Shown: positions 38,301 through 50,534 of the stretch, piece after piece
Position numbering within the stretch: the stretch's first letter is position 1
Layout of the letters: each line of letters begins with the position of its first letter
DNA from: Protoeuglena noctilucae
Lineage: Eukaryota
Assembly: GCA_958009085.1 (NCBI GenBank)
Contig: OY253690.1
Coordinates: 1 to 64,000, forward strand
Direction: 5' to 3'
Length of the DNA stretch: 64,000 nt
Notes under the pieces: model-generated
What the model saw: only the letters and a program-made list of their open reading frames with translations
Told to the model about the DNA's origin: nothing
The model's database searches: none
Program-made: the position numbers and the translations under genes

Positions 38301-41300
38301 ATGCAGTGAGTGACTGTGTGTGTTGATTATCGTTGATGTTGGTATAAATGCCTTGCTGACATGGAGTGAGTGATTGTGTGTATCGATAAGTGTCAACGAT
38401 GTTATAATTGTCACGCTTACGTGCCGCTCCTCTTCACCCCTTTACATCACAGCCCAGCACTCGCATGCCTCTCCTCTTCAACCCCCTCTCATCGCAGGCA
38501 GCCCGCCCACGTCTGCCACGCGTACGTGGACGTGGTCAAGCGCGCCTGCCACGAGGGGGTGGCGGGGCTGGTCAACGCCGTGGCGCGCAAAGTGACGGCC
38601 AGGGAAGTGCCCGTGCCGGCGGCGGTGAGTGGGGGATGAGGGAGGTGTTGGTGGATGTATATTTATGGTTTGATTTATGATTTATATTATATGTACTTAT
38701 AGGTAGCAACCCTCCTCGCCTATACCATTAATATTCAACTGTATCTACTATGATATATACCATCAGAACAACTCCATTCGCTATCATCATGTATCATGGG
38801 GTGCCAAAGTAAATCAACCGATCACTCCCCTCCCACCTCACCCCACCCCCCCTCCCCTCCCCCCCAGCCCCCCCCCTCGGCCCCCCCCTCCGCCCACGTC
38901 GCTTACCTCTCCCTCTGGGGCAGCCACCCCGCATGGATGGTGGAGCGGTGGGTGGAGCGGTGGGGCGTGGATGCCGCCACTGCTCTCATCGCAGCTAACA
39001 ACGCCACACCCCACTTTGGGGTGCGGGCCAATGCGGCGATGGGGGTGGACGCGCAGGGCTTGCTCCAGGCGTGCCGGGACATACTAAGTGAGTGGAAGAG
39101 AGAGTTTGCGATGTTATTGTATTCGTACGATGTGATTGATTGATTATATTTAGGTGTTGACATGGTCGGAGCGGGCGCAGTGCTCGAGGCGTGCCGGGAC
39201 ATACTGGGTTAGTTATCTTTATATCTAATTGTATGTTTTTATTTGCTATGTGTGATGTAAATGATATGACTAACTATTATTACCGCCAACTTCAACTTTA
39301 GTAACACTGGCATCAGTATCGCACGCTAACATCCTCAACACCATGACACCCACTTATTGCTACTCCATATACACCATATAACCATATTTCTCGATCCCCT
39401 CTCAGGCGTCAAGGCCTCCCCCTCCCCTCTCCTCCCCACCGAGTTCATCCGCGTGACCACCGGCCTGTCAACGCTCCTTGCCTCCCCGCTGCTCAGCAAG
39501 GGGGCGTGCGCGGTGCAGGACGAGGGAGCGGGGCTGGTGGTCGCGATGCTGGACCCTCAGCCTGGGGAGGCGGTGTTGGACATGTGTGCGGCGCCGGGGG
39601 GGAAAGCGACGTTCGCGGCTGCGCGGATGATGGGTAAAGGGGTGCTGGTGAGTCAATATATGGTGATGATTATAGAGTTACTGTAATGATTGTGCTGGAC
39701 ATGTGCGCGGCGCCGGGGGGCAAGGCGACGTTCGCGGCCGCAAGGATGATGGGGAGGGGGGTGCTGCTGAGGGTTTTTGTGGAGAGAGGCTAGCATGCTT
39801 TGCATAATTAGATGAGACGAGGTGACATGAGATGGTGAGTGGTGATGCGATGAGGGTGCTGGTCAGGGTAGCGACATGAGACGCGGTGGTGGCGATGGGC
39901 CAGCACAGGCAACAATGGAGAGGTGCTGTTTGTGACATTGCTTACATGTCCATCGGATGCCGATGGACATCGCAAGCTCGCTTTGCCCAGATGCCCCCAT
40001 GCATTCTGCGCTTGCTCAGCCACCGACCTGGAGCTTTCCCGACAGCGCGAGGCTGAGACGCATGAGAGCATTGTCAGCTATGATCGACCCCTCGATGGCA
40101 ATCGATCGATGCCCCGTCTCTATTTGCAGCTGGCAGCTAATCCGGAGCTCTCGCGCTAGCGAAAAAGCGAGATTCAGATGGATAAACATATTTACACAGT
40201 CAACTATGTCGGTTTTTGTGTAATCTTCCTTTTTTTGCAGGTGCTCACCGACTCGCGGACCTTCTTAACGCGAATGCGACCCCTCTAGACCTATCGATCT
40301 CAAGATCTTCATCTTCATCTTCGCAGGAGGTTACACCGGGATTCAGAATCTCAAAGCTCTCAGAATCTCAAAGCTCTCAAGGTCCTGAGATCTCTGAGAG
40401 CAGGAGTCTCAAGACCTGTGGATCTTAGTTCCTAGAACGCATGATTCCGCACCATCACATTGACGACTATTGATCATGTTCATGTACTCTTCCTATTCGC
40501 AGCTTGCCACGGACTCGGAGCTGTCCCGCCAGCGCAAGATCGAGGTTGCCGTGGCGCGGCAGGGGCTGGGGGGCGTGGTGCTGACGCAGGCAGTCAAGGC
40601 ACAAGACCTGCACGCCAACTGGACCAGGATCGTGCTGCGTGAGTGTTTATGTTTGGTTTCTATTGTTAGCATAGGTATTACTAAGTGGCTGAGTGTGTCA
40701 GGACCTGCACACCAACTGGACCAGGTTGCGTGAGTACATCGGTATAAATATACATAGATAGTAAATTTAGTATGTATACTAACTATGGCTGAACGTGGAT
40801 GGGCTGGGCATGATGGGACCTCACCCTGGCAGAGTTGCACTCCATGACACATCACCCCACTTCACATGACCCATCCCCCACCCCCCACTCTCCCCTCTCA
40901 GCTTCCGACCCCCGCCCCGCCAAGCGCGTGGCGGAGCTGCAGGACCGCGTCAAGATCCAGGCGGGGAAGGCGGGCACGCGAGGGCCGGTGCTGTTCGATC
41001 GTGTGCTGGTGGACGCGCCTTGCACGGGGACGGGGGTGCTGGCCAAGCGGAGCGACCTGAGGTGGAGGAGGACCATGGGGGAGATGCGGGTGAGGGGTGA
41101 TGGGGGTTGTGGTGGGGTGCGGGTAAGGGTGGTTGTAGTGGGAGATGTGGTGGGGTTGTTGTGGTGACTTGAGGTGGAGGAGGATGGAGGGGGAGATGCG
41201 GGTTAGGGTGGTTGTGCTGGGGGATGTGGGGGGGTGTGGGAGGTGAGGGAAGGACATATGGGGTGGGCAGGCTGCATTAAGGGAGCTAAGGATGCGCAGA

Positions 41301-42080
41301 GAGATTGGCTGCCACGCTCATTCCCCTCTCTCTCTCCCTTGTCACTCCCGCAGGTGGCTGTGGATGCTTAGAGGAAATTTCTGCTATGGCTATTGTAACA
41401 AACACGTTCCCCTTTCTCCCCATTCAATCCCGCAGGTGGCTGTGGATGCGCAGAGGGAGCTGCTGTCACTGGCGGCAGACCTGGTGCGTCCGGGGGGGCT
41501 GCTGGTGTATGCGACGTGCAGCATCGAGGCGGGGGAGAACGAGGGGCAAGTGGAGGCGTTCCTGAGAGAGAGGAAGGATTACAGGTGAGGGTGGGAGGGA
41601 GTGGCAGGTGTAGAGGCGTTGTTGAGAGAAAGGAAGGACTACAGGTGAGTAGGGTGGGAAAGTGGGTGGAGGCGTTTTTGAGAGAGAGGAAGGACTACAG
41701 GTGAGGGTTTGCTAGAGTGGCAGGTGTACAGACATGCGTCACGGTGGGGGCCGGCAGCAAGTGGAGCTAGCTGCTAGCGGGAGTGAATGCACAGCCGCAT
41801 CTGAGGCTGCAAACTGCAGAGCACGAGTAGCCATGAGCTTACAAAACGGCATGGTTCTGTCCATGGATGTCAAATGGACAGCCCCCCTGCGCTGACATGA
41901 TCGACGCTCTTCGTCGCACCACCCTCCCCCGCCCGCCCCTGCTCCCCCAGGCTGGAGGGTCCCCGAGAGGGCACGGTCCCCGCGTCCGTGCTGGATGCGC
42001 GGGGCGTGACGATGCAGACGCTGCCGCACGTGCACGGCGTGGACGGGGCGTTTGCGGCCAGGCTGCGACGCGTGCGGTAG
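35352..42080 (+). CDS. rsmB: RsmB/Sun (NOL1/NOP2/Sun) rRNA m5C methyltransferase with a NusB-like domain; transit-peptide-like N-terminus and RGG/WG-rich extension
   Basis: NusB-like GLVNAVARK; SHPAWMVERW; VQDEGAGLVVAMLDPQPGEAVLDMCAAPGGKAT; FDRVLVDAPCTGTG; GGLLVYATCSIE..ENE; TLPHVHGVDGAFAARLRR*. The start at 35352 (MLSRALPG...) is tentative. Confidence 0.88.
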
Positions 42081-42812
42081 GCGCGGGCGGGGGGCTGCCT
42101 GTAGACGGGGTTAGGGGTAGGGGTAGCGGGGGCGTGCGTCAGCGAGGGGCGTCAGCAGGTCTGGGGAGGTGGTGGGGCGAGCGCGGAATAGGGCAAAGGG
42201 CTCGCCCTTTGCGTAGTGGCTGCACCTTTCCGCGTCGCCGCCCTCCGCCTGCGACCTTCCGCGACATGTTGAGAGGATGTGGATGGCAGCAGCGCATTTG
42301 AAGGCAGCTCCTGAAGAACGAACAAAGCTCTGACGCCAGCAAGTGTCTTCCTGTCTCCGTCGCCGGCCGTCGCGGCCACTCCACCGTCCGCGTCTTGCAT
42401 CAGATGCTTAACATAAGCTCTCCGGCGCGGCAGTCTCAGTAGGGAGGGCTGCACAGACGGCTCCTCCGCGCATACTTGGCTGGAGGCCGTTCAAAGGCGA
42501 TCGGGCCGACTTTTCGACGTCTTTACTTGCAAAGGTGAGGGATCCGAGCCGGGACGCGAGCGGGGACGGCGCAGCGGCTCTGAGCATCTGCAGGACCTTC
42601 CCAGCCAGATTTCTGCCTCCCGTGGCGGTGGGGAGCTCTCTTTAGGTGTTTCGCTCCGTCAGGGAACTAGTGTTCGCGCATGTCGGCGCACTGGGAAGCC
42701 GGATCCCTCTGCGCGGGCCCGGAAGGTCAAAACTATGCTCTGCACGGTCCCCGCAGCCGCTGAAGGAGCGCGAGGCCGGCACGCAGTGCGGGGAGGTGTC
42801 AAGACGTGAAAA

Positions 42813-44378
42813 ATGGCCGCCGGGTGAGGCGGGGGGCATAGGGGCGGCACGGGGTGGCAAGCGCAGCGTGCGTGCTTGCGTCATGGCCGCTGCAGGCCCG
42901 CCCAGGGCCTGCTCGGATCTGGTACCGATCCTATTGGCAGACTTGTCTTACGCGATGCGTGTTTACTCATATGACATGTTTCTTTTTGTCACAGGAACAC
43001 GGCCATGCACGTGACTACAGAAGACGAATTGCGGGGGGGCCTGGCAATTGGCCGGCAGAGCTTCAACCTTGGTGGAAACACGTTAACTTTAGAAAACGTG
43101 TTGGCGGTGGTGGCGGGCAGGACGGCGGAGATTTGCAATGGGACATTGCGGGCAAATGGCCAAGTCGGGGAGGGGTACGCCTTACAGGCGCATGGTGGGG
43201 GTCGATTGGTGCTTACGGGGGTGACGATGGAGAGAACAGGGGTGTGGTGCAAGGGTGGGGAAATCATCCTTAGAAATGCAAACGTGGACAAGGCGCCTTA
43301 CTCAGGGTTGCTGTCGGAATGGCGCAACAGCCACATCACTATGATTGGAGGAAGCATTTCCGGCTCGTTGGAGAACGGGGTGCATTGCCTTAAGGGCGGG
43401 CAGGCGACATTGGAGAGCGTGGCAATTTCACAGTGCAAGAAGCACGGGGTGTTTAGCAAAGGCAAGGATGCGGACGGCACGAAGAGCAAGGCAACTATTA
43501 TCCAAGGGAGCATTACGGGTATTCACACTGGGGGGCAAGTACAGGTTCAGATTCCGCCAGCAGGGCATGGCGAGGGCATAGCAATGACCCACTTGCTGAG
43601 TAGCCTTACTCCTGGGTCTTTTTATGACGGAGTGTGCTGCGAGTCGGGTGGAGTTGCAGATGTGAGGGGTGCAAACATAGCCAAAAGCATCCGGAGTGGT
43701 ATTTACTGCAATGGCTCAGGGAGCACAGCAACCATGTATGGAGGAAGCATATTTAACTCTGCCCTTGATGGAGTGACCTGCATGGCTGGTGGGTTTGTGG
43801 AGTTGGTGGGCGTGGCGATCACCAGGCAACAGTCGGGTGTAACGAGCTACCTCCGAGGCAGTAGGGTGATCGTGCGCGCTGGGTCCATTATGGAGTCTAG
43901 GGCTCATGGGGTGCTGTGTCGTGAGGGCGGAGTGGCCGAGGTGCGGGACGTGGAGATTGCCGGCAGCGTTTGCAGTGGCGTGTGCAGCCACGGCTACAGC
44001 ATGAACGGCCACAACAGTACGGTGGTTGTGCAGGGCGGGTCGATTAGAGATTCTAGGAGTAATGGGGTTTTATGCTTTAGTAGCGGGAGGGCGCACGTGC
44101 TGGGCGTGGAGATTGCTGACTGCGTCGGAAACGGCGTATTCACCCATGGCAGGGGCAGCCTGGCCTACGTGCGGCGGGGTAGCATCAGGGGACCCAATAT
44201 GTTTAACGGGGTGGCCTGCGAGAAGGGCGGACAGGCGTTTGTGGAGGGCGTAACCGTTCAGAACTGCACCCGGTACGGTCTTTACTGCAACGGTCTCTCA
44301 CGTCTCGTTGAGAGCACTTTCTTTCAGTGCTACGTGTCCGGTTGCGTAAGGGGACGTTCCAACTACTTCTCATACTGA
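42813..44378 (+). CDS. Right-handed parallel beta-helix (pectin-lyase-like) repeat protein, ~460 aa
   Basis: Repeating ~23/46-aa units such as GGSISGSLENGVHCLKGGQATLESVAI and GGSIRDSRSNGVLCFSSGRAHVLGVEI. An 11-nt first exon (42813-42823) splices in frame at AG 42994 to the ORF ending at 44378. Confidence 0.8.
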
Positions 44379-44918
44379 GGAGGGCAGCTAGGGGGATCCA
44401 TGTGCTGGTTCAGGTAAGTCCCTGCTGCCGTCCCCGCTTGCACCATCTGCGAGGCACGGTTTGGCCACGACAGCTCAGACACGCCAGGCCGCGCCCGTCT
44501 CCGCAGTTGGGCAGTGCAGGGGGGACGGAGGATGTTCAAAGCTGGGAAGGGCACCCCGCATAGATGCTCAGATTTGCGGGCTAGCTGGGGCGGGAGGGGT
44601 AGGGAGGAGGTGGCGAGGGTAGGGGCATGCATGTGTCTTGCGCGTTTGTCTCTGGGAACACGTGAGCAGCAGCATGGGCAGCCAGCATGGGCAGCCTGGC
44701 GTTTGAAGCGCAAGCATGCAGTCGCCACACCGAGGAGAGCAGCAACGAGCTGCATCGCCTGCCACCTGTCCCTGGCAATCGCGGGCGACTTGCTTGTGCG
44801 GGGCTGCGCCTATGTAAGCACACGTCCGAATGTGGATTAAATGGCGTCATGTTCTAATATGAAGCAGCTACTCCTTATTCTTATACATATTGCGAGACGA
44901 AAAGGATAAAAAGTTTAA

Positions 44919-44933
44919 TAACCCTAACCCTAA
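44919..44933 (+). repeat. Short interstitial telomeric repeat TAACCCTAACCCTAA
   Basis: 2.5 units of CCCTAA inside an AT-rich patch at 44850-45040. Confidence 0.7.
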
Positions 44934-45049
44934 TATTACTAGTTAACAACAACATTTTAGTTTATAGAAGTAATATTAGTGTTATTACTAGACATATGGA
45001 TCACGTATTCTTAGTACACTTATGACTATAATAACTACTCCCTTCACTC

Positions 45050-45600
45050 CACCAGCTGGCCACCGACTTGGAACTGTTCTGCGAGATTGCTGTGGCGCTG
45101 CAGGGGCTGGGGGGCGTGGTGCTGACACAGGCGGTCAAGGCACAGGACCTGCACGCCAACTGGGCGAAAGAGAGGAAGGATTACAGGTGAGGGTATGCGA
45201 GAGTGGCAGGTGTAGAGGCGATCGTCACGGTGCGGGTAGCATGCACATGCGCATGTGCATAGAGAGAGCAGACTGCAGGTGAGGGTTTGCGATAGTGGTA
45301 GGTGTACAGCGATGGATCGATGGATGTCACGGCAGCCCCACTGCGCTGACATGATCGACGCTCTCCGTCGCACCACCCTTATGAGCTCACCCGCCCCTGC
45401 TCACTCCCCCAGGCTGGAGGGTCCCCGGGAGGGCACGGTCCCCGCGTCCGTGCTGGATGCGCGGGGCGTGACGATGCAGACGCTGCCGCACGTGCACGGC
45501 GTGGACGGGGCGTTTGCGGCCAGGCTGCGACGCGTGCGGTAGGCGCGGGCGGGCGGCTGCCTGGCGGCAGGGGTAGGGGTAGTGGGGGCGTGCGTCGGCG
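45050..45600 (+). pseudogene. Patchwork duplicate of RsmB 3' exons
   Basis: 45053-45162 resembles exon 40503-40622. 45170-45193 resembles 41570-41592. 45330-45600 copies 41878-42140, with the terminal exon 45413-45542 nearly identical to 41951-42080. Confidence 0.85.
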
Positions 45601-46456
45601 ATGCTTGTTAGCGGGATTGGGGAGGCGGCCGCGTCGATGCATATAGGCGAGCAGCAGACGGCAGCGCGGCACTTGAAGGGGAAGGTCAGCCCTCTCGATC
45701 GCTTCTCTGGTCCTGCTCGTGCACCTGCTCCATGACATCGCACAGCTCCTCCCGCGTGTGGCTCCTCTCCAGTCTCTGATGTCCAGCCGATGCGTGTTAT
45801 GCAGCTCGTCCGCACACCTCGTGTGCTTGCACCGGTACTCCACCCCCGCAGCGCCTTGCAGCGTCCTGCCCCAGGTGGCTCTGAGCCCCGATCTGAGCGT
45901 GGATGGGGAGCGGCTGCCGATGCGCGGGGTGGGAGCGTGCTCTGGTGGTTGTGCTGTCGATCTGCTGCCTGCATGTCGCTGCGGGCGACGCGGAAGGGCG
46001 GCGGGCGAGGCCACGGGCTTGTATACGACACCATCAGCGACTCGGCAGGCGCACCGGGCGCGTCGGATCGCCGTGATGCGGGCGCGGGGCCCAGGGTGTG
46101 TCTGGCGCGGACTGGCGCAGGTGTGCCGGAGCCATGGGTCGTCGCTGCGGTCGCGGAGGAGGGCCGTGGTGGTGGCAGTGATGCGGTAGAGGTCCAGGAG
46201 TGTGTACACGGGCACTGCGCGAGCTGGAGTCGGCGTCGGCTGAGCAAAGCAGGGACGCTGCGGGTGTTTCGGGAGCCGGAGGGGCTGAGCGGGCTTGCTA
46301 GGAACCGGCGGCGACGCGGTAGGTGAGAACGAGGCGCTATGAATGTGTGGCGTCGCAGATGAGCCTAACAGACGCGTGCGGCAGCCCTGGGCACTTTGTG
46401 AAGCACGGTGTCCCGTGTTTGACGCAGCGAGGAGTCGGAAGCGGCCGTCGGTGGCC

Positions 46457-48153
46457 ATGTCGGCGGTAGTGGATACGCAGATGTCATCGGAGGGGGCGAC
46501 CGTCGGTGAGGAGCGCACGGGAGGGCTGCGTTGTTGCGCTAGATGTGCGTGCCTCATTGCGACATCCGGCCACGTCCGCTTGCGCGCGCAGGGTGGGGCG
46601 ACCTGCCCGAGGAGCTGCATCGCGAGATCCTGCGGCTGGTGCCCCTGCACGACGCGACGGCGGCGCGGCGGGTGTCGCGGGAGATGCGCGACGAGGTGGA
46701 CGAGGTTTGGAGGGCGTGGGGCATCCGGGCCACCGCGGAGGACGGGGGGGAGGACATGCGCATTCGCTTCAGCTTTTTGCTCCACAGTGACGAGCTTGAC
46801 AGGGGTCCACTGGCGGTCTACGCGCTCCAGGGGTCCCACGCGCACCACCTGGCGAGCCTGGGGCTGTGGTGGCTGGCCCTGCTGGTGGCGGAAAGGCCGG
46901 ACCTGAACGGCATTCCTTGGAGGAGTGATGCCAACTACGATGTAGAGTCGGCCTATGACGAGGAGTCTGACGACGGATCGGCCTTTGACGAGGAGTCCAA
47001 TTACTACGGGTCGCATGATGGCAAGGACCAATATCCGGACCAGTCACCGCTGATGGTGGCGGTGCGGGCGCGGCGTCCAATGCGGCGCGAGGTGGGCAGC
47101 AGGGTGGAGTGGGCGTACGCGCTGGGGGACGAGGAGGTGGCGCGGGCGGTGCGGGTGGCGGTGGCGATGGGGGCGGACGTCAACCGGCGGCTAAATTACG
47201 CTTGGCCGCTGATGACGTACTGCGCGAGGCGGGGGTGCCTGGGAGCGGTGAAGGCGTGCATGGCAGCGGGGGCAGCAGTCGACGCACGTGGTGACGGTTT
47301 CGGCGACTGGGAGACGGCGCTGGTGCGTGCGGCCCGGGGGGGATACGAGGCGGTGGTGGAGGTGCTGCTGGAGGCGGGCGCGTCGGCCAAGGTCGGGCCT
47401 ATGGGCGAAAATCACACCCTGGCAGTGGTGTGCATGGGTCACCCGACGCCGGGCATCGTGAGGCGGCTGGCAGAGGCAGGGGCGGACGTCAACTCTTGCT
47501 ATGAGCGTGGGACAGCCCTCCTTCAAGCCGCGTATCGTGGCAATGTGGCCGTGATGGCGGTACTGGTGGAGCTGGGGGCCGATGTGGTTGGGACTGACGA
47601 GCTGGGGCGCACTGCGATGTATGGGGCGGGGAACGGGGAGGTGGTGCGGTGGCTGGCTGCGCGTGGGGTGAGCGTCCAGGGCAACGGTCGCGGCCGGTCC
47701 CCACTTTGCGAGGCTTGCGGAAGCGGTCGCGCGGATGCCGTCCGCGCCCTGCTTGAGTTGGGTGCGGAAGTGAGGTTTACAGACAGCGATGGTTGCACGC
47801 CTCTCCATCGTGCGGCGGGGCTCTGGGACGAGCAAGAGGCCGTGGAGGTGTCCCGGCTGCTGTTGGAGGCGGGGGCGGACTTGAATGCCGTGGATGGGGA
47901 CGGCAAGACACCCCTGCACCACATCTATCACGCCGCGTGTGTGGACGTGCTGGTGGACGCCGGGGCAGACCTGGAGGCGCGCGATGGGCAGGGCAGGACG
48001 CCGATCTACACAGCCGCGACTTCTTGGCACGGCAAGCCCGAGGTCGTGCTGCGGCTGGTCGACCGCGGCGCGGATCTGGTCAACACGGGCGGGGAGCCGG
48101 GGCGGGTGATGCGCAAGGTGGAGGAGCTGCGGGCCCAGCGCAGCCGCAGTTAG
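46457..48153 (+). CDS. F-box plus ankyrin-repeat protein
   Basis: F-box-like WGDLPEELHREILRLVP...ARRVSREMR. Ankyrin repeats include TALVRAARGGYEAVVEVLLEAGA, GCTPLHRAA...LLEAGADLN..DGDGKTPLH and GRTPI. A short exon 1 (46457-46505) splices in frame at 46592. Confidence 0.88.
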
Positions 48154-49334
48154 CTGCAGGACCTCTGACCCAGGTGAGGACGGCGGCTGCGGTTTCGGTC
48201 GGTGTCTGTGCGACGCACAAGGGTGAGCTGGCGTGCCGACCTGTCACGCTGAGTCGTGGAGTAGGTGGCAGGTGTGGCAGCACTTGCAACGGCACGTGGC
48301 AATGTGACTGTGGGCGTGCAGGGGGGCCATGGCCGGTATCTGGACCAGCGGCGCAGCTGTGCGTGATGTGCGAAGTGACTTGCAGCCCTGCGTCCCGCAC
48401 TTGCAGCGCTGGGTGGCTGGCTGCTCACGTGGCCCTGCACGCATGATGCACATTGGGCATGGACGTCTCGCATGCAGTGAGCGTTGCTGTCCTGCGTTTG
48501 TGCACCCTTCATCGCATCGACGGCCAAGGGCAGTGTGGGTGCAAGCGGGGCTGGTGCGATGGGCGGGTTCCGGGCATAGTGAGCTTGGTAGTGTGGCGAG
48601 GACGCGGTAGGAATGCAGCGGTAAGATGGCTGGCCAGAGTTTTGGCTGTCGTTGAGCCTCGCGGTTCTCTTTTTTTAATGCTCTGGCACAGCTGCAGGGT
48701 CGATTGTCAGGCGCTGTTCAGAAACGACTGCCGGCGAGCTTCTACATGCAAGCATCGCATACTGAGGGCCTTGCTAAAGCTTAGAGCAGACACCGGTCAC
48801 GTCACGTCGCATCGCGGCTCGGCTCACAAGGTGAGGCCAGCCAGGGTTATGGAGGTCTGCCCCGCGGCTGCCTGTGGTCGGCAAGATGAGATGAGCCGTG
48901 CAGGGGTAACTGTCGCAATATGTCGCGCTGTGCGGGGCCGGGCGGAGGGGGAGCTAGCCTCGGCGGGCCGGGCCGCGCGGGTGATCCAGAGCACGGTATG
49001 AGCTTTGCGTTGACCGCGCTGCCCTGGGACCTCTTGAGCGAACGCGATGCAGCGACAATAGTGACATGACTTGATGCGCTATCGTGGCTGTCGTGCGACC
49101 CTGCGGCACGCCGGAGCGCACGGGAGTGGGGACTTGCGTGCTTGGAGCTATAGCAGTAGGAGGACTGCGCACGTTCGGACCCGGTCCGACCCCGTACCAC
49201 CCGGTCCCGACCTGGCGTTTACACGGGCTTTTCTGTTTTTTTAACAAAAAATTTCCCGAAAAACTACGTCCAACTGCGCGCGACGGATTTTCCCGTCAAA
49301 AACCCTGTAAGAAACAACCCCCGAAACCGCGCGA

Positions 49335-49827
49335 AAACCGTGGAAATATCCCGGCGCGATCCCCGCGCGATCTCCGCACGACTTCTGCGGGACTTCGGCA
49401 CGAGTTCTGCGGGACTTCTGCACGCCGAAACCACGGGAAATACCGTCTTCCGGCCCTCGTCCGACAGCAGCGAGCCCCCGTCCGACAGCAGCGAGCCCTT
49501 GCACGACCCCGGCGGGACTCCGGCGCGACTTCTGCACGACCCCGGCTGGGGGCCCGGGCCCCTCACCGCGCGACCCCCGCGCGACCCCGGCGGGACTTCT
49601 GCGGGACTTCTGCGCGCCGGAACCCCCGGAAACACTGTGTCCCGGCCCTTGTCCGGCAGCAGCCTGCCCTCGTCCGGCAACAGCGGGCCCTTGCACGCCC
49701 CCCGCGCGACCCCCGCGCGACTTCTGCGCGACTTCTGCGGGACCTCTGCGGGACTTCCGCGCGCCGAAACATTCATTCCGGCCCTCGTCCGGCAACAGCG
49801 ACCCCTCGTACCGCAACAGCGAGCCTT
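49335..49827. repeat. Hierarchical repeat array: three ~130-190-bp units, each with GACTTCTGCG(G/C) 11-mers followed by a ~21-bp GCCCTCGTCCG(G/A)CA(G/A)CAGCG doublet
   Basis: Units at about 49366-49510, 49570-49700 and 49703-49827. Confidence 0.85.
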
Positions 49828-50431
49828 CAAATGGCGCTCTGCCCGGCGCAACCATCCGCGTGGTGCCTACGCCCACTCGCGTCAGCCCAGCAATAAAGCA
49901 GCCACTTATCGGCCGCGGCCGCCTCCCATGCCCAGAGCGCCCTCAGGCTCTCCCGCAGCATGGCAGCGTCCGGGAGCGGGTCCTCATCGAGGCTCGCTGT
50001 GGTCCGCCAAGACGAGGGGGTCAGCTTGTGCGTGCACCGGGCGCGGCAGAGGAGGGGGGCCCTCGAGCGGGCCAGCACCCAGCCCAAGCACCAGAAGCCC
50101 CGTCGCCCGCCGAAGAAGGCGACCGCGGCGTCCTCGACCGTCTCGCCGTCTGTCGTGACGAAGAACCACGACCAGGGGTCGAACTCGGGGAAGCGAGGAA
50201 GCTGGAGAAGCCCGGCCTCATCTCGGGCAGCACCGCGGCCGCGGCGTCGGTGAAGACTGGCGCGACGCTCCGGCTCTCCATGAGCTCCTCACTGGGCTGC
50301 ACTGGGGGAGCGGGGGGCTGGGGCGGGGGCGCCGGGGTCGGGGGCGCCTGGGTCGGGGCCGCCTGGCCCGGGGTGGCCGGGGGCCGGCGCCGTAGCACCA
50401 GCCTGCTCAGTCGCTTCGTGATGTCGGGCAT
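49827..50431 (-). pseudogene. Probable frameshifted hypothetical ORF, divergent from the ORF at 50602
   Basis: MPDITKRL...VFTDAAAAVLPEM in one frame, then protein-like LPRFPEFDPWSWFFVTTDGETVEDAAVAFFGGRRGFWCLGWVL...* in another, switching near 50220. Confidence 0.35.
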
Positions 50432-50528
50432 AACTGGAGGGGGGGACTGCGCCAGGGGGGGAGGGCCAGCCCACTGCTTCAGCTTCCGTGAAACGCCAGT
50501 GGAAGGCTCCGGGGCGCGGGCCGCGGAG

Positions 50529-50534
50529 TATAAA
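50529..50534 (+). promoter_or_regulatory. TATAAA box upstream of ORF 50602
   Basis: An isolated TATAAA in GC-rich DNA about 70 nt before the ATG. Confidence 0.5.

Noticed and set aside
4061..41950. Introner-type mobile introns
   Set aside because: Introns share composition but no evident sequence identity or terminal repeats with one another; their repeats derive from their own flanking exons.
45379..47031. 550-aa minus-strand ORF
   Set aside because: Antisense shadow of the ankyrin gene and the RsmB duplicate in GC-rich DNA; no recognisable domain.
49335..49827. Possible CRISPR array
   Set aside because: Repeats are degenerate and nested with no unique constant-length spacers; there are no cas genes and the context is eukaryotic.
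49084..50158. Long ORFs across the repeat array
   Set aside because: Open in several frames on both strands because the repeats lack stop codons.
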